Positions 45,323 through 54,514 of a DNA stretch of 64,000 nt are shown here, piece by piece (within the stretch, counting starts at the first letter, position 1; the number at the start of each line of letters is the position of its first letter). The notes under the pieces were generated by a model, which saw only the letters and a program-made list of their open reading frames with translations, was not told the DNA's origin and made no database searches. A program made the position numbers and the translations under genes. The stretch lies in IMG/VR virus record IMGVR_UViG_3300032287_003113, positions 155,880-219,879 of that record; one strand, written 5' to 3'.

Positions 45323-46318
45323 TTACGGATAGGTAAGCGATCGTAGATACCACTTATAAGCTGAGTCTATAATAGTACTTATGTCGCTGTATTCGGCAGT
45401 CCAATTTAACCATTCGTGTGCTCGGTCTACCTGTGCCACCAACTCTGCTGGATCTCCTAGTCTAGGAGCAGATACAACAGTACGGAAATCGGTGTCGTAG
45501 TGTTGTTTGACATAGTTGACAATTTCTTGATTGCTGATACCACCACCTGTGCCAAGATTGATCTGCTGTGCACCAACCCATCCATGAGCTTCGCCGGCGC
45601 GATCAGCGGCCATCACATGTGCCTGTGCTAGATCCCATACGTGTATGTAGTCTCTGACGCAAGTACCATCACGTGTTTTATAATCTGTGCCGTTTAATCC
45701 AAATTCTTCTTTACGCAACATAGATTCTAACACTCGTGCCACAATATGTGTGGCATTGGGCTCTTGGCCAAGGTCGTAGTTGAAAGGTTCAGCACCGGCC
45801 GCATTGAAAAATCTAAAACATACGCTTGGGATAGCATGAGCCAAGTAATAGTCTTTTAATATGCGTTCACAAGTGGCTTTGGTATTGCCATACGGACTGA
45901 TTGGATCGACACGATGACCTTCAGGAATAGGCAAACGTTCAGGCTCGCCGTACACACTGGCACTTGAACTAAACAAGATCAACGGACGTTTGGGCAAAGT
46001 TTTTACCACGTCCAAGAACTTTACAAATTTTACCACATTGTTGTCCCAGTACTCGCCGGGATTTGTCATGCTAGGGCCAACAAGACTGGTACCAGCACAA
46101 TGTACAACAACGTCAGGGTTGGCATGTATTAACACACTCAACGCACCATCGCTGACAAAGTCTCCGATAAAATACCCGTCAATGTCTCGGAGTGTGTGTT
46201 CACGTCGGACTTGATCCACTATAGTAACGTGGTAGCCGTGTTGTTTGAATGCCCGTGCCACGTGACTACCAATGTAGCCACACCCACCGGTTACAACAAC
46301 TCGTTTCGTGCTAGTCAT
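45323..46318 (-). CDS. galE: UDP-glucose 4-epimerase-like SDR
   Basis: TGGCGYIGSH, SSSASVYG, YGNTK, RFFNAAGA, DGTCVRDYIHV. Confidence 0.85.
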   Translation of the reverse strand: MTSTKRVVVTGGCGYIGSHVARAFKQHGYHVTIVDQVRREHTLRDIDGYFIGDFVSDGALSVLIHANPDVVVHCAGTSLVGPSMTNPGEYWDNNVVKFVKFLDVVKTLPKRPLILFSSSASVYGEPERLPIPEGHRVDPISPYGNTKATCERILKDYYLAHAIPSVCFRFFNAAGAEPFNYDLGQEPNATHIVARVLESMLRKEEFGLNGTDYKTRDGTCVRDYIHVWDLAQAHVMAADRAGEAHGWVGAQQINLGTGGGISNQEIVNYVKQHYDTDFRTVVSAPRLGDPAELVAQVDRAHEWLNWTAEYSDISTIIDSAYKWYLRSLTYP

Positions 46319-46491
46319 TCAGCCCGTCCGGTAGTACAACTATCACTCCAAAGTTCTTGTGCTTGTTGGCGGTATTGATCCAGTTCATATTCGTCTAGTT
46401 TAACACGATATGCTTCTTCTGTCAAGGCATGCCAGCCACAACATTTACCTGTTGGGCTACGTCCACACCCGCATTTGGCTTGTTCGGTCAT
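46315..46491 (-). CDS. Small CDGSH-like iron-sulfur protein (58 aa; not in ORF track)
   Basis: MTEQAKCGCGRSPTGKCCGWH...; ATGA overlaps at both ends. Confidence 0.6.
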   Translation of the reverse strand: MTEQAKCGCGRSPTGKCCGWHALTEEAYRVKLDEYELDQYRQQAQELWSDSCTTGRAE

Positions 46492-46691
46492 TCTGGAATC
46501 CTAACTTTTAATCCACGCCATTGGTCGATTTGTATCTCGCCCCACCCTTTTTCTTTAGTCCAGTCTGCACGATGCGTCCAGGGCCATGCTGTACTCATCA
46601 CTTCATATTCGCCTTCGTGTACAGGATCTAAATCAAATGGAAACCATTCGGTTTTTAGACTTTCAATGTCATCAGTGGTAAAGGTTGTCAT
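46488..46691 (-). CDS. Hypothetical Trp-rich protein
   Basis: ATGA-coupled. Confidence 0.6.
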   Translation of the reverse strand: MTTFTTDDIESLKTEWFPFDLDPVHEGEYEVMSTAWPWTHRADWTKEKGWGEIQIDQWRGLKVRIPE

Positions 46692-46831
46692 TCTTTTCTT
46701 GCCTTGTGTTTAGCTAAAGCATCTGCACTACGCTGTTGGAAATCTACCATTGAGTGATACCCCATTTGATAGCAAGGACAATGGTTGCCTAAAATCTTAC
46801 GGGCCAACCAGATTCTAAATTTTTTGGTCAT
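46688..46831 (-). CDS. Small protein MTKKFRIWLARKILGNHCPC... (47 aa; not in ORF track)
   Basis: TGA overlaps the next ATG; fills the gap. Confidence 0.55.
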   Translation of the reverse strand: MTKKFRIWLARKILGNHCPCYQMGYHSMVDFQQRSADALAKHKARKE

Positions 46832-46991
46832 GGATAAGATCTCCTGTTACGGCATTGACCTTCATACCGGATTCGTTAATATAATAAGGTTGGCACATTT
46901 TAGTGCCATCCCATCGTTGTCCGCACCAGCACTCACCTTCTGCATTAATGATGCAATTGCCTGAACCGCAACAGCGTGGATCAGTCATCAT
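46815..46991 (-). CDS. Small Cys-rich protein
   Basis: RCCGSGNC...CWC...MC; GGAG SD before ATG 46991. Confidence 0.55.
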   Translation of the reverse strand: MMTDPRCCGSGNCIINAEGECWCGQRWDGTKMCQPYYINESGMKVNAVTGDLIHDQKI

Positions 46992-47658
46992 TACGCCCTC
47001 CAAACAACTGCAACAGGCTGATAAAAATATTGATAAAGTTTAGGTATAGGCTAAGTGCTCCTAACACTTCTTCGCGACCAGTATCACTATCATGTGACAC
47101 TATTTGGCGAATATTTTGTGTGTCGTATGCAGTTAGTCCCAAAAACACAACAATAGCAATAGCACTGATGACCATTTGCAACACTGAGCTGCCAACAAAG
47201 ATATTGACAATGCTGGCAATCACAATGGCAATCAAGCCCACAAACATGAATGATCCTATACTGGTCAAATCTTTTTTGGTAAAGTAACCATAAATGCTCA
47301 TGGTGCCAAACAGCACAGCGCCACCCATAAAGGCTGTAAAGATACTGCCCATGGAATAGATCACAAAGATTGTGGCAAAGCTCAGGCCCATAAGAGCACT
47401 GAACGCATACAAGAATAATTGTAGTCCAGTCTTGCTAAATCTTTCAGACGCAAATGTCATTGCTAAAATGCACACCAACGGAGCAAAAATAACAATCCAT
47501 TTTGTTAAACCTGTAAAAAAGAATCGCACCAGCTCTGGACTGGATCCTACAAAATAGCTCACAAACATACTGATAATCACAGCAAGACTCATGTGACCAT
47601 ACACACGACCCATTGCTTCATTAATTCCTGCGGCACTACGGTATACTGCTGTATTCAT
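46981..47658 (-). CDS. Bax inhibitor-1 / YccA family membrane protein
   Basis: 7 hydrophobic segments; YGYFTKKDL, GLTAYDTQNI, ALSLYLNFINIF. Confidence 0.85.
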   Translation of the reverse strand: MNTAVYRSAAGINEAMGRVYGHMSLAVIISMFVSYFVGSSPELVRFFFTGLTKWIVIFAPLVCILAMTFASERFSKTGLQLFLYAFSALMGLSFATIFVIYSMGSIFTAFMGGAVLFGTMSIYGYFTKKDLTSIGSFMFVGLIAIVIASIVNIFVGSSVLQMVISAIAIVVFLGLTAYDTQNIRQIVSHDSDTGREEVLGALSLYLNFINIFISLLQLFGGRNDD

Positions 47659-47671
47659 ACGTTCTCCTCGA

Positions 47672-48232
47672 TTATTCTTCTACAAAATCAATCATATTAC
47701 CATCTGCATCGGCACAGATAATACGAGTATTGCCTTCATCGTCTGATACTTCCAATGGTCCCCAGACCCAAACCTCAGTTTCGTCCAAATACCACTTGTC
47801 ATCATCTTCTAATGAGTAAGCACCTTCTTCGCTGATGAATTCTTCTAAGCGTTCCGCTTCGTCCTCATCGTCGATACCTTCGATTTCAATATCGCCCCAA
47901 CAGCCGCCGTCAAACATTTCAACAAGTTCAGTTGATTCAATGTTGTCACCAAAGCAGGAGTTTAAGTCAACGCTGTCTAAATCAGCACTACCTCCTGGGC
48001 AGTTGGTAAAGCTAAATTGCGGAAACTCTCCGTCATTGGTTTCTACACGGTATTCACACGAGCGGAATCCGTCCTTGACAACAACGCGACCAGCGCCATC
48101 GTTTTGCACATAGTATTCGTGTTGTTCACAAGACTTTTTATAGTAGGTCCTAACAGTCCACCAGCGTGATTTGGATTCTGTGGCTGGTTCTGCTACTGCT
48201 ACATCTTCGTCGGGTCCATAGGGCCAAGCCAT
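47672..48232 (-). CDS. Hypothetical acidic protein
   Basis: 186 aa, very D/E-rich. Confidence 0.7.
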   Translation of the reverse strand: MAWPYGPDEDVAVAEPATESKSRWWTVRTYYKKSCEQHEYYVQNDGAGRVVVKDGFRSCEYRVETNDGEFPQFSFTNCPGGSADLDSVDLNSCFGDNIESTELVEMFDGGCWGDIEIEGIDDEDEAERLEEFISEEGAYSLEDDDKWYLDETEVWVWGPLEVSDDEGNTRIICADADGNMIDFVEE

Positions 48233-49425
48233 TATGCTGTCTCCTCTTCAGTTACAGGAAATGCTTTAACGATCCTGTTCATCGACACCTCCGGATCCCA
48301 TTCTCTACAATATTTTGCACGGTTGGCACGACCTTGCTTAGTGTCAGGATCATAATCGATCCACGTAAACTCTGTGCCATCACACTCAGGGCAATGACTG
48401 TTGTATTCTTCATCTTCACGGCGGTCATCACTGCTGCCTACCCAGCCACACTTTTTATTGTCGCAGATCAGGCTGGGTGGCTCTGGTGGTTGATTGACCC
48501 ATGACGTGGTGTCCCAATTATAACCTGACCAAGACTCTACGCCTGACTCGGGTTTAAACTTACCGTATTCCCACTCGCCGAACTCTGTGCCGTTCCAATA
48601 CAACGACCCACTGGTTGTGCCAAAGTTTTTCCATACTGCATTGTAGTATCCAGGAATAGTAGGTTTAACTTTCTTAAACTTAAATGTCTCAGACCGTTCC
48701 CAAGTACTCGGACTTGTGCCGTATTCTGGATGACCCCAATCTTTTTCTTCAGGTTCATACTTCTCCCAACCACCGTTGTCGTCGGTGATCCGTGCCATGG
48801 TAAAGTCTGAACTCTTACCATCGGTGCTGCCACCAAAGTTATCAATGTCTTCACCGTTATATGTTAGACCAGTAACAATATCTTCGCCATCGAACTCTTC
48901 GTAGTGCAGTTCCAGTTTGGTGATATCAAACGGTTCAGTAAGTTCGATCTCGCCTTCAAAGAAGGTGCCTTTTTCATTGCTAGTTCCAACAAATACGATC
49001 TCGCCCTTCTTGCGGCTTCCAATCCAAACTTCGTCGTCGCAACACCACTCTGGGCTGTCTTCGGATGCACCATCACAGTCATCAAATGACTTTTGAAACA
49101 CAGTTTCGCCCGTTTCATCTTCAATCTGAATTGTACCAGCATCGCGACTTACACCATTGGTGTGTCCCATATCATCGCACTCGTACCAGGATCCTGGTGG
49201 GAATGGCAACAGGTCTTCGTCTAGATCCATGTCTTCACAGGCATCATAGTTCCAGGCGATGTCACTGAGATCAACTTGCTTATTGTTACAATAATCCCAG
49301 ACTTCCTGGGTGGTTGTGCCCATAACACGTTCGCCACCGTAGCCCCACATGCTAACCTTATAGGTGCGTGGTGTAAACTTAAGAACAGCTACTAGTTCTT
49401 CTGCTGTAATATCTTTGGTTGTCAT
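48232..49425 (-). CDS. Hypothetical acidic protein with C-terminal zinc ribbon
   Basis: CDNKKCGW...HCPECDG; D/E/W-rich; alternative start 49443. Confidence 0.7.
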   Translation of the reverse strand: MTTKDITAEELVAVLKFTPRTYKVSMWGYGGERVMGTTTQEVWDYCNNKQVDLSDIAWNYDACEDMDLDEDLLPFPPGSWYECDDMGHTNGVSRDAGTIQIEDETGETVFQKSFDDCDGASEDSPEWCCDDEVWIGSRKKGEIVFVGTSNEKGTFFEGEIELTEPFDITKLELHYEEFDGEDIVTGLTYNGEDIDNFGGSTDGKSSDFTMARITDDNGGWEKYEPEEKDWGHPEYGTSPSTWERSETFKFKKVKPTIPGYYNAVWKNFGTTSGSLYWNGTEFGEWEYGKFKPESGVESWSGYNWDTTSWVNQPPEPPSLICDNKKCGWVGSSDDRREDEEYNSHCPECDGTEFTWIDYDPDTKQGRANRAKYCREWDPEVSMNRIVKAFPVTEEETA

Positions 49426-49426
49426 T

Positions 49427-50605
49427 TTAGTATTTGCTTTCATGAGTGTGTTTACGATAATCAGTGCTCATACGGCGCCACTGCTCTCCTTTACCTTCTA
49501 AAATATCTACAATGCGATCAATACAACCGTCGGTCCAATCACTAATACGTCCTTGGTTAGGATGGGGATCAGCCAACAAATTGACCAGTTTGGTTTCGGC
49601 ATCATCTAACGACCAAGGAATGTAAAGTCGTTCAGGATCGTTAGCAAAAGTTTCAGGGAAACTACGATAAGCAGGATAAAGCACGTTGGCTCCCAGAGTG
49701 TCTGCTTCTGAAACGGTGTTTGATACCCAGTCTTGCAGAGCACAATTAAACAACACACGAGTATCGTTAAGTAGATGATAGTAATCATTTTTTTCCAAAT
49801 CCTCATATACTGTTAGCCAACCGCGAGCCTGTAGGTCTCTAGTACGAGCCATGTAGCTGTCATTGTTTGACTTTAGTTTAGCACCACTGAAAATAGCAAA
49901 CTCCACTGGAAAGTTGTTGTGATTACGATGCCATTGTTCAATTAAATCCATAAAGAAGTCTGGTTGCTTTTCCTGATCCCAACGTGCTGCAAATCCCACG
50001 CGATATGCACGATCCTGGAATGGTTTTAGTTCGCCCTCGATGCGACCACGCACTTCCGATTTGCCAAATGCCAAGCCCGAAATGTTATAGATGTTGCCTT
50101 CCCAACCGGCCACCTTCATGTGCATGACCATTTCTTCATTTGATGCTAGAATAATGTCCGCAAAACTATCCACCATTTTTTCATAAAGCCCCATCCACTT
50201 CTGCATACCCCACACATGAACGAAATCATCAGGGTCAATACTTTGTGCAAGGCAACGAACGGCAATGCGAGGACGATGAGCAGGATCGATTTGATCCATA
50301 ATATAAGGTAAGCTCTCGATACCGGGTTGAAACATGTCTTCAAAATAGATAACATCTTCATTTGTAACTTCTCCCTGTTTCATCTTGCGTACAAGATTCA
50401 TTAGTTGGCTCATACCAAAGTAAGTACGGCCATGTGCATCTAGCACTTGTCCTGTGACAATGGCTTGATCATTGCTGAGTGTTTCACCTGTAACAAGTTC
50501 GTACGTGATGCCACGACGTTTAAACACAGATTCATTCCAGTCTTGTAACTGTAATGTGTATCTTGCTTTGTAGGGCTCTAGGCCCATGTACCATAGTTTA
50601 CGCAT
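49427..50605 (-). CDS. GT-B (GT4-like) glycosyltransferase
   Basis: FAARWDQEKQPDFF, YYHLL..RVLFNCALQDWVSNTVSEA..G..VLYP..RSFPE; start ATG 50605. Confidence 0.7.
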   Translation of the reverse strand: MRKLWYMGLEPYKARYTLQLQDWNESVFKRRGITYELVTGETLSNDQAIVTGQVLDAHGRTYFGMSQLMNLVRKMKQGEVTNEDVIYFEDMFQPGIESLPYIMDQIDPAHRPRIAVRCLAQSIDPDDFVHVWGMQKWMGLYEKMVDSFADIILASNEEMVMHMKVAGWEGNIYNISGLAFGKSEVRGRIEGELKPFQDRAYRVGFAARWDQEKQPDFFMDLIEQWHRNHNNFPVEFAIFSGAKLKSNNDSYMARTRDLQARGWLTVYEDLEKNDYYHLLNDTRVLFNCALQDWVSNTVSEADTLGANVLYPAYRSFPETFANDPERLYIPWSLDDAETKLVNLLADPHPNQGRISDWTDGCIDRIVDILEGKGEQWRRMSTDYRKHTHESKY

Positions 50606-50619
50606 CTTATAAAGCCTCA

Positions 50620-50880
50620 TTAGTCTCTGGGTTTCCAATTCGTATCACGTGGTTTAAACGTGGTACGATCACGCTTGGGAGTACGCCACTGGTCCCATGG
50701 TTCACGCCCACGTACCATTTTCATGTATTCACCGTAGGGTGTGCGTTCGTTGTAAAGATTTTTCTCATCAAACGGATAACCATAGTCTCGACAAAAACGC
50801 TCATAGCGTTCTAGGTCTTCAAAGATAGCGACCACTTCGGGTTTGAAACGAAGATACTTCTTTAGCCATTCTTGGGCCAT
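50620..50880 (-). CDS. Hypothetical protein
   Basis: AGGAG SD. Confidence 0.7.
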   Translation of the reverse strand: MAQEWLKKYLRFKPEVVAIFEDLERYERFCRDYGYPFDEKNLYNERTPYGEYMKMVRGREPWDQWRTPKRDRTTFKPRDTNWKPRD

Positions 50881-50891
50881 GTTACTACTCC

Positions 50892-51341
50892 TTAGATTAC
50901 AATTGATTGGGAAGGGCGAGTGAGGTTATAATGAATCAAGCAACCGTTCTCGCCATCTTCGGCCACTTGAATTGAAATATTACGATTGGGATATCGATCT
51001 GCAATCTGTATGTAAAGATCGTCAGCGATCATTTCACACGATTTGAAATCCAGTTCTAAAACGGTATTCTGACCGTTATACAGCGACTCGAGCCATCGTT
51101 TGAACTGGATGAACTCGATGTCCCGGTCATTGTGGAACACATCGATTGACACCCGGAAATGAAATATATGGCGATGAGGATTAGCAAGGAACGCGACATC
51201 ATACTCTCCTGCTGTATTTAGCCGGGGATCAGTGGCCGCCGCTGGGTAGCAATGGATACCTTCTTTGCGGAAGGTGACCCAGATTCTGCGCCGGGCAGCT
51301 GTTTTAACTCTTTCAATTACTGCTCTTTGTTCTTGATTCAT
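50892..51341 (-). CDS. QueD paralog, DpdL-like (putative 7-carboxy-7-deazaguanine decarboxylase)
   Basis: LANPHRHIF matches the LxxxHRHxF signature recalled for DpdL; also DRDIEFI, SCEM, V.EDGENG. Confidence 0.6.
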   Translation of the reverse strand: MNQEQRAVIERVKTAARRRIWVTFRKEGIHCYPAAATDPRLNTAGEYDVAFLANPHRHIFHFRVSIDVFHNDRDIEFIQFKRWLESLYNGQNTVLELDFKSCEMIADDLYIQIADRYPNRNISIQVAEDGENGCLIHYNLTRPSQSIVI

Positions 51342-51342
51342 T

Positions 51343-52443
51343 TTATGCCTTGAGCATGTTAATAAGATTAGGGAAAGTTTTTGTAAAATCTAAATTTCTG
51401 CGTTTATCTATTGTGTTTAACGAGTATACAACATTGTCTATATTTTTGTCAAATGGTTTGGTAAGAAATTCTGCACAATTATGTAAACTGTTGCCAAATG
51501 TTGTGTTTGGATTATATCTATTTAGATCGCTGATTAAATCACCTAAAATTTTATCACCAAAATTTCTAGCGTCCAAATATTTTGGTTGTGTCAAGTAATG
51601 TACTGCTGTGCGATCAATATCTACGCCCAAATCAATAAGATATTCCCCAGTTTCAACAATGTTGGTAGAGAGCAAGAAATAATTCATTGTTACACCAATT
51701 TTCTCCTGGGGCCATTGTTGAATCAATTGTCGAAGGTTCGTTTCAAACTCCGACCATACTCCTGGATGCCTGATATACTCAAATTGAGCACCTGTGGCTT
51801 CAACACTGATTTCCCATTGCACATTGTTAAACTGTTTTATTTTAGAATAAATTCCAGTTTTTAAATTTGAAAGATTAGTGGTGATGCGTACCAAGCAATC
51901 AGGATTGGCCGCATATAATCGATCCAACAGTTCGCCATTTTCTTTAATCATCAACGGTTCGCCGCCGGCCAAGTATACTTCTTGAAGCCCCGCCAGTTTA
52001 TCGTGTGTGTAATCTTTCAATTGATCAAATGTGGAACGATCGGCATTGACAGTTTGTCCCATTTCAGCCGCCCACAAACTGCTAAAGTATGGACCACAAT
52101 AAACACAGGCATAGTTACAGACGTTTGACCAGCGTAGATCCAGTTGTGTCAGTTTATGCGTACCATCGTAATCAATGTCAACGTCCTTGTGTAATTTGAG
52201 CTGGTATGCTCGATTACTAAACTCAGGATCTACAGTTTCTCTTTGCTCGCATAGCTGACAGCTTTTGGGCCAGTGACCTGATTTTAAACTGTTTCTTATT
52301 TGTTGATTTTGTGTGTTGTCTAATATTACAGCAATTGGTGAAGATTTTAAGTTGCCCAGGGTTTCTTGGCTCATGGCACAATTTCTAACAGAACCATCGG
52401 GATTAACAGCGACGCCAGTCCACGGAAGCGGACAAGCGATCAT
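51343..52443 (-). CDS. Radical SAM protein with N-terminal twitch-like domain
   Basis: CPLPW..NC..CQLC; core CNYACVYC-GPYFSSLW; AGGEP; start ATG 52443 (ATGA). Confidence 0.85.
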   Translation of the reverse strand: MIACPLPWTGVAVNPDGSVRNCAMSQETLGNLKSSPIAVILDNTQNQQIRNSLKSGHWPKSCQLCEQRETVDPEFSNRAYQLKLHKDVDIDYDGTHKLTQLDLRWSNVCNYACVYCGPYFSSLWAAEMGQTVNADRSTFDQLKDYTHDKLAGLQEVYLAGGEPLMIKENGELLDRLYAANPDCLVRITTNLSNLKTGIYSKIKQFNNVQWEISVEATGAQFEYIRHPGVWSEFETNLRQLIQQWPQEKIGVTMNYFLLSTNIVETGEYLIDLGVDIDRTAVHYLTQPKYLDARNFGDKILGDLISDLNRYNPNTTFGNSLHNCAEFLTKPFDKNIDNVVYSLNTIDKRRNLDFTKTFPNLINMLKA

Positions 52444-52955
52444 TTTATAACTTCGTCTTGTGTGTATTTGGACCAATCCGTAAACTTAGTACGATCCTTT
52501 AAGTCATGTAACTGGTGACACCATACTCCGGGATTGGTTGCTGCAAAGTCTTTGTCATCCAGCTTTATTGTGGCGTTGTATCCCAAAAGTTGCAGATATG
52601 GTAGTTTAACACTGATCATTGGGATGAAATTGTTGTACTCGATCAAACAGCCCTGGGCTAGACCTTCTGCACTAGACACATCCAAATCCAAAGTACACAA
52701 TAGACCTCGTTGTAAACATGAGGTGATCATGCCTTCCCATTCACGCCAAGTATCGCCATCGTCGACGTCAGGATTGGGAAAACTTTGGTTGGCACCAAAA
52801 TAAACATGGTTGCAATTATTGTCCATGACCATATTGATAATAACGCCGGCGTCTTGTACACCAACCACAAATAAAGTTTTATGTCCAAATGCCGGGCTAT
52901 GCTCTACTTCCCGGCCAACAAAGAAATTTACTTGTTCGTGTCCTGCTCTGTTCAT
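52440..52955 (-). CDS. Uncharacterised protein adjacent to the DpdA-like gene
   Basis: G.EVE...G.KTLFVVG, HVYFGAN, NPGVWC; ATGA-coupled to the transglycosylase. Confidence 0.7.
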   Translation of the reverse strand: MNRAGHEQVNFFVGREVEHSPAFGHKTLFVVGVQDAGVIINMVMDNNCNHVYFGANQSFPNPDVDDGDTWREWEGMITSCLQRGLLCTLDLDVSSAEGLAQGCLIEYNNFIPMISVKLPYLQLLGYNATIKLDDKDFAATNPGVWCHQLHDLKDRTKFTDWSKYTQDEVIK

Positions 52956-54514
52956 TCTGCCTCCAGTGCGTCTAGTTTAGTTTGATCAAATTCTTGTTCT
53001 GTTGTTTCTTCTACAATTTCTACATCATCTTCAAAATAAAACAATTTACTAAAATTGGCACTACCGTTAACAGCTTTCTTGCCTTTGAATCCTCTAGTAC
53101 CAACAATTTCACACCAATACCCGGTATCTCCTTTATACATATCAATGATCTCCATCGATGTTGCTTTATCTGGGGCAGCAAAGATTGCTTCTACGATGTC
53201 TTCAAAATATTCACCACCCGGGCCTGAGCTACGCATCATGGCAGGATGAGCACCGGCATCAAATCTACGATTGGCTTCTTGTACCGCTGTCAAATGCATC
53301 CATACATTATGACCCATTAACAATGCGTAACTAAAACTATCCCATGACGTTTTGCCTTCTTTGCCATTCTTGTTTACATCGCCTGGTTTGTAGTAGCAAA
53401 TGTCTTTCATTTTAAACAAGTTACTAAGTGGACTGTCTTCCCAACGTGGATACTTGCCATCCGCTACCACTCCGTCACTCCACTTGCGTGTGTCTGTTGC
53501 GTACTTTTTGTCATCTGCACTAGGAGCCATCCTGTATGACCACTTGCCGTTGTCGGGAAACACATTTTCAAAGTATACCTGTCCGTTGGCAGTTGCCAAG
53601 AATGGACTAGCACAATCAAAGCTGATAGTGAAACTAGGATTTACATATTTTCTAACGTTTCGTTGTATTACAGTTAACAGTACTGCCCACTCTAGTTTGC
53701 TTGTGCCCAAGAAGTGCATCCAATCGTGAACACCTTCTTGTAACAAGTTATCATGACGTAGAGTAACTAAACGTCTGAGAATCAACTCTACGTCACACAT
53801 GTTTTGTCCACCCATGGCCCATCCGTTAAAGTGTGTGTCTGGATGTTGCACAGGATCACAATAGTGTTTCATGGTTTCGTACCAATCGTCGGCCTCAATG
53901 TGGTTGGCACCTTGTAATACATTTAAGATCTTAACACCACCGTTCTTGATACCTTTACGATTGGTCATAAAGTAATCATTGTTGTATTTGGTAGCATCAA
54001 CAGCTTCCTGGTGCGTACTGATACCACATTTCTTACCTGCTTCTTTATCTAGTGCAACCCAGGTTGGAATATCAAGGGTCATACCGTAGTCAGCAATGCC
54101 ATCAAGCCAAGCCAAAACCTGTTCTCGTTTTTTCTGTGCTTTGGGACATCCTGAATTGGCCTTCCAATCGCCTTCCCATAATCCTTTGGCAATCTGGAAT
54201 CCACCAGAGTCGCCTAAGATCAGTGTGTTGGGATCACGATTGCGTACCATATCCTCTGACCAGTCCTGTTTGGCAAGGTCGAGGTTTGCGTGGCCACCGG
54301 AGTAAAGAGACCACTTGTAAGGAAACAACGCTTTTTGATCATTCAACCAGTTGAGTTGTTCCATGTCTGTTATGCCTTGCGGAAAACGTGTAGGATCCAC
54401 ATAAGGTCCGGCAGGATCACGTTGCTTGCCTATGAACGTGGCATAGAAACCACTGATGGCTGGAAGGAACACAGCATAGTCTGATTGTTTGGCAGTTAAG
54501 TTATCTTGGCTCAT
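52952..54514 (-). CDS. dpdA: TGT-fold guanine transglycosylase, DpdA-like
   Basis: LGDSGGFQ, TLDIP, LNVLQG, GWAMGG, MHFLG, ISFDCASP, C-terminal HN; no CxCxxC Zn site; linked to folE/queD/queE; start ATG 54514. Confidence 0.7.
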   Translation of the reverse strand: MSQDNLTAKQSDYAVFLPAISGFYATFIGKQRDPAGPYVDPTRFPQGITDMEQLNWLNDQKALFPYKWSLYSGGHANLDLAKQDWSEDMVRNRDPNTLILGDSGGFQIAKGLWEGDWKANSGCPKAQKKREQVLAWLDGIADYGMTLDIPTWVALDKEAGKKCGISTHQEAVDATKYNNDYFMTNRKGIKNGGVKILNVLQGANHIEADDWYETMKHYCDPVQHPDTHFNGWAMGGQNMCDVELILRRLVTLRHDNLLQEGVHDWMHFLGTSKLEWAVLLTVIQRNVRKYVNPSFTISFDCASPFLATANGQVYFENVFPDNGKWSYRMAPSADDKKYATDTRKWSDGVVADGKYPRWEDSPLSNLFKMKDICYYKPGDVNKNGKEGKTSWDSFSYALLMGHNVWMHLTAVQEANRRFDAGAHPAMMRSSGPGGEYFEDIVEAIFAAPDKATSMEIIDMYKGDTGYWCEIVGTRGFKGKKAVNGSANFSKLFYFEDDVEIVEETTEQEFDQTKLDALEAE

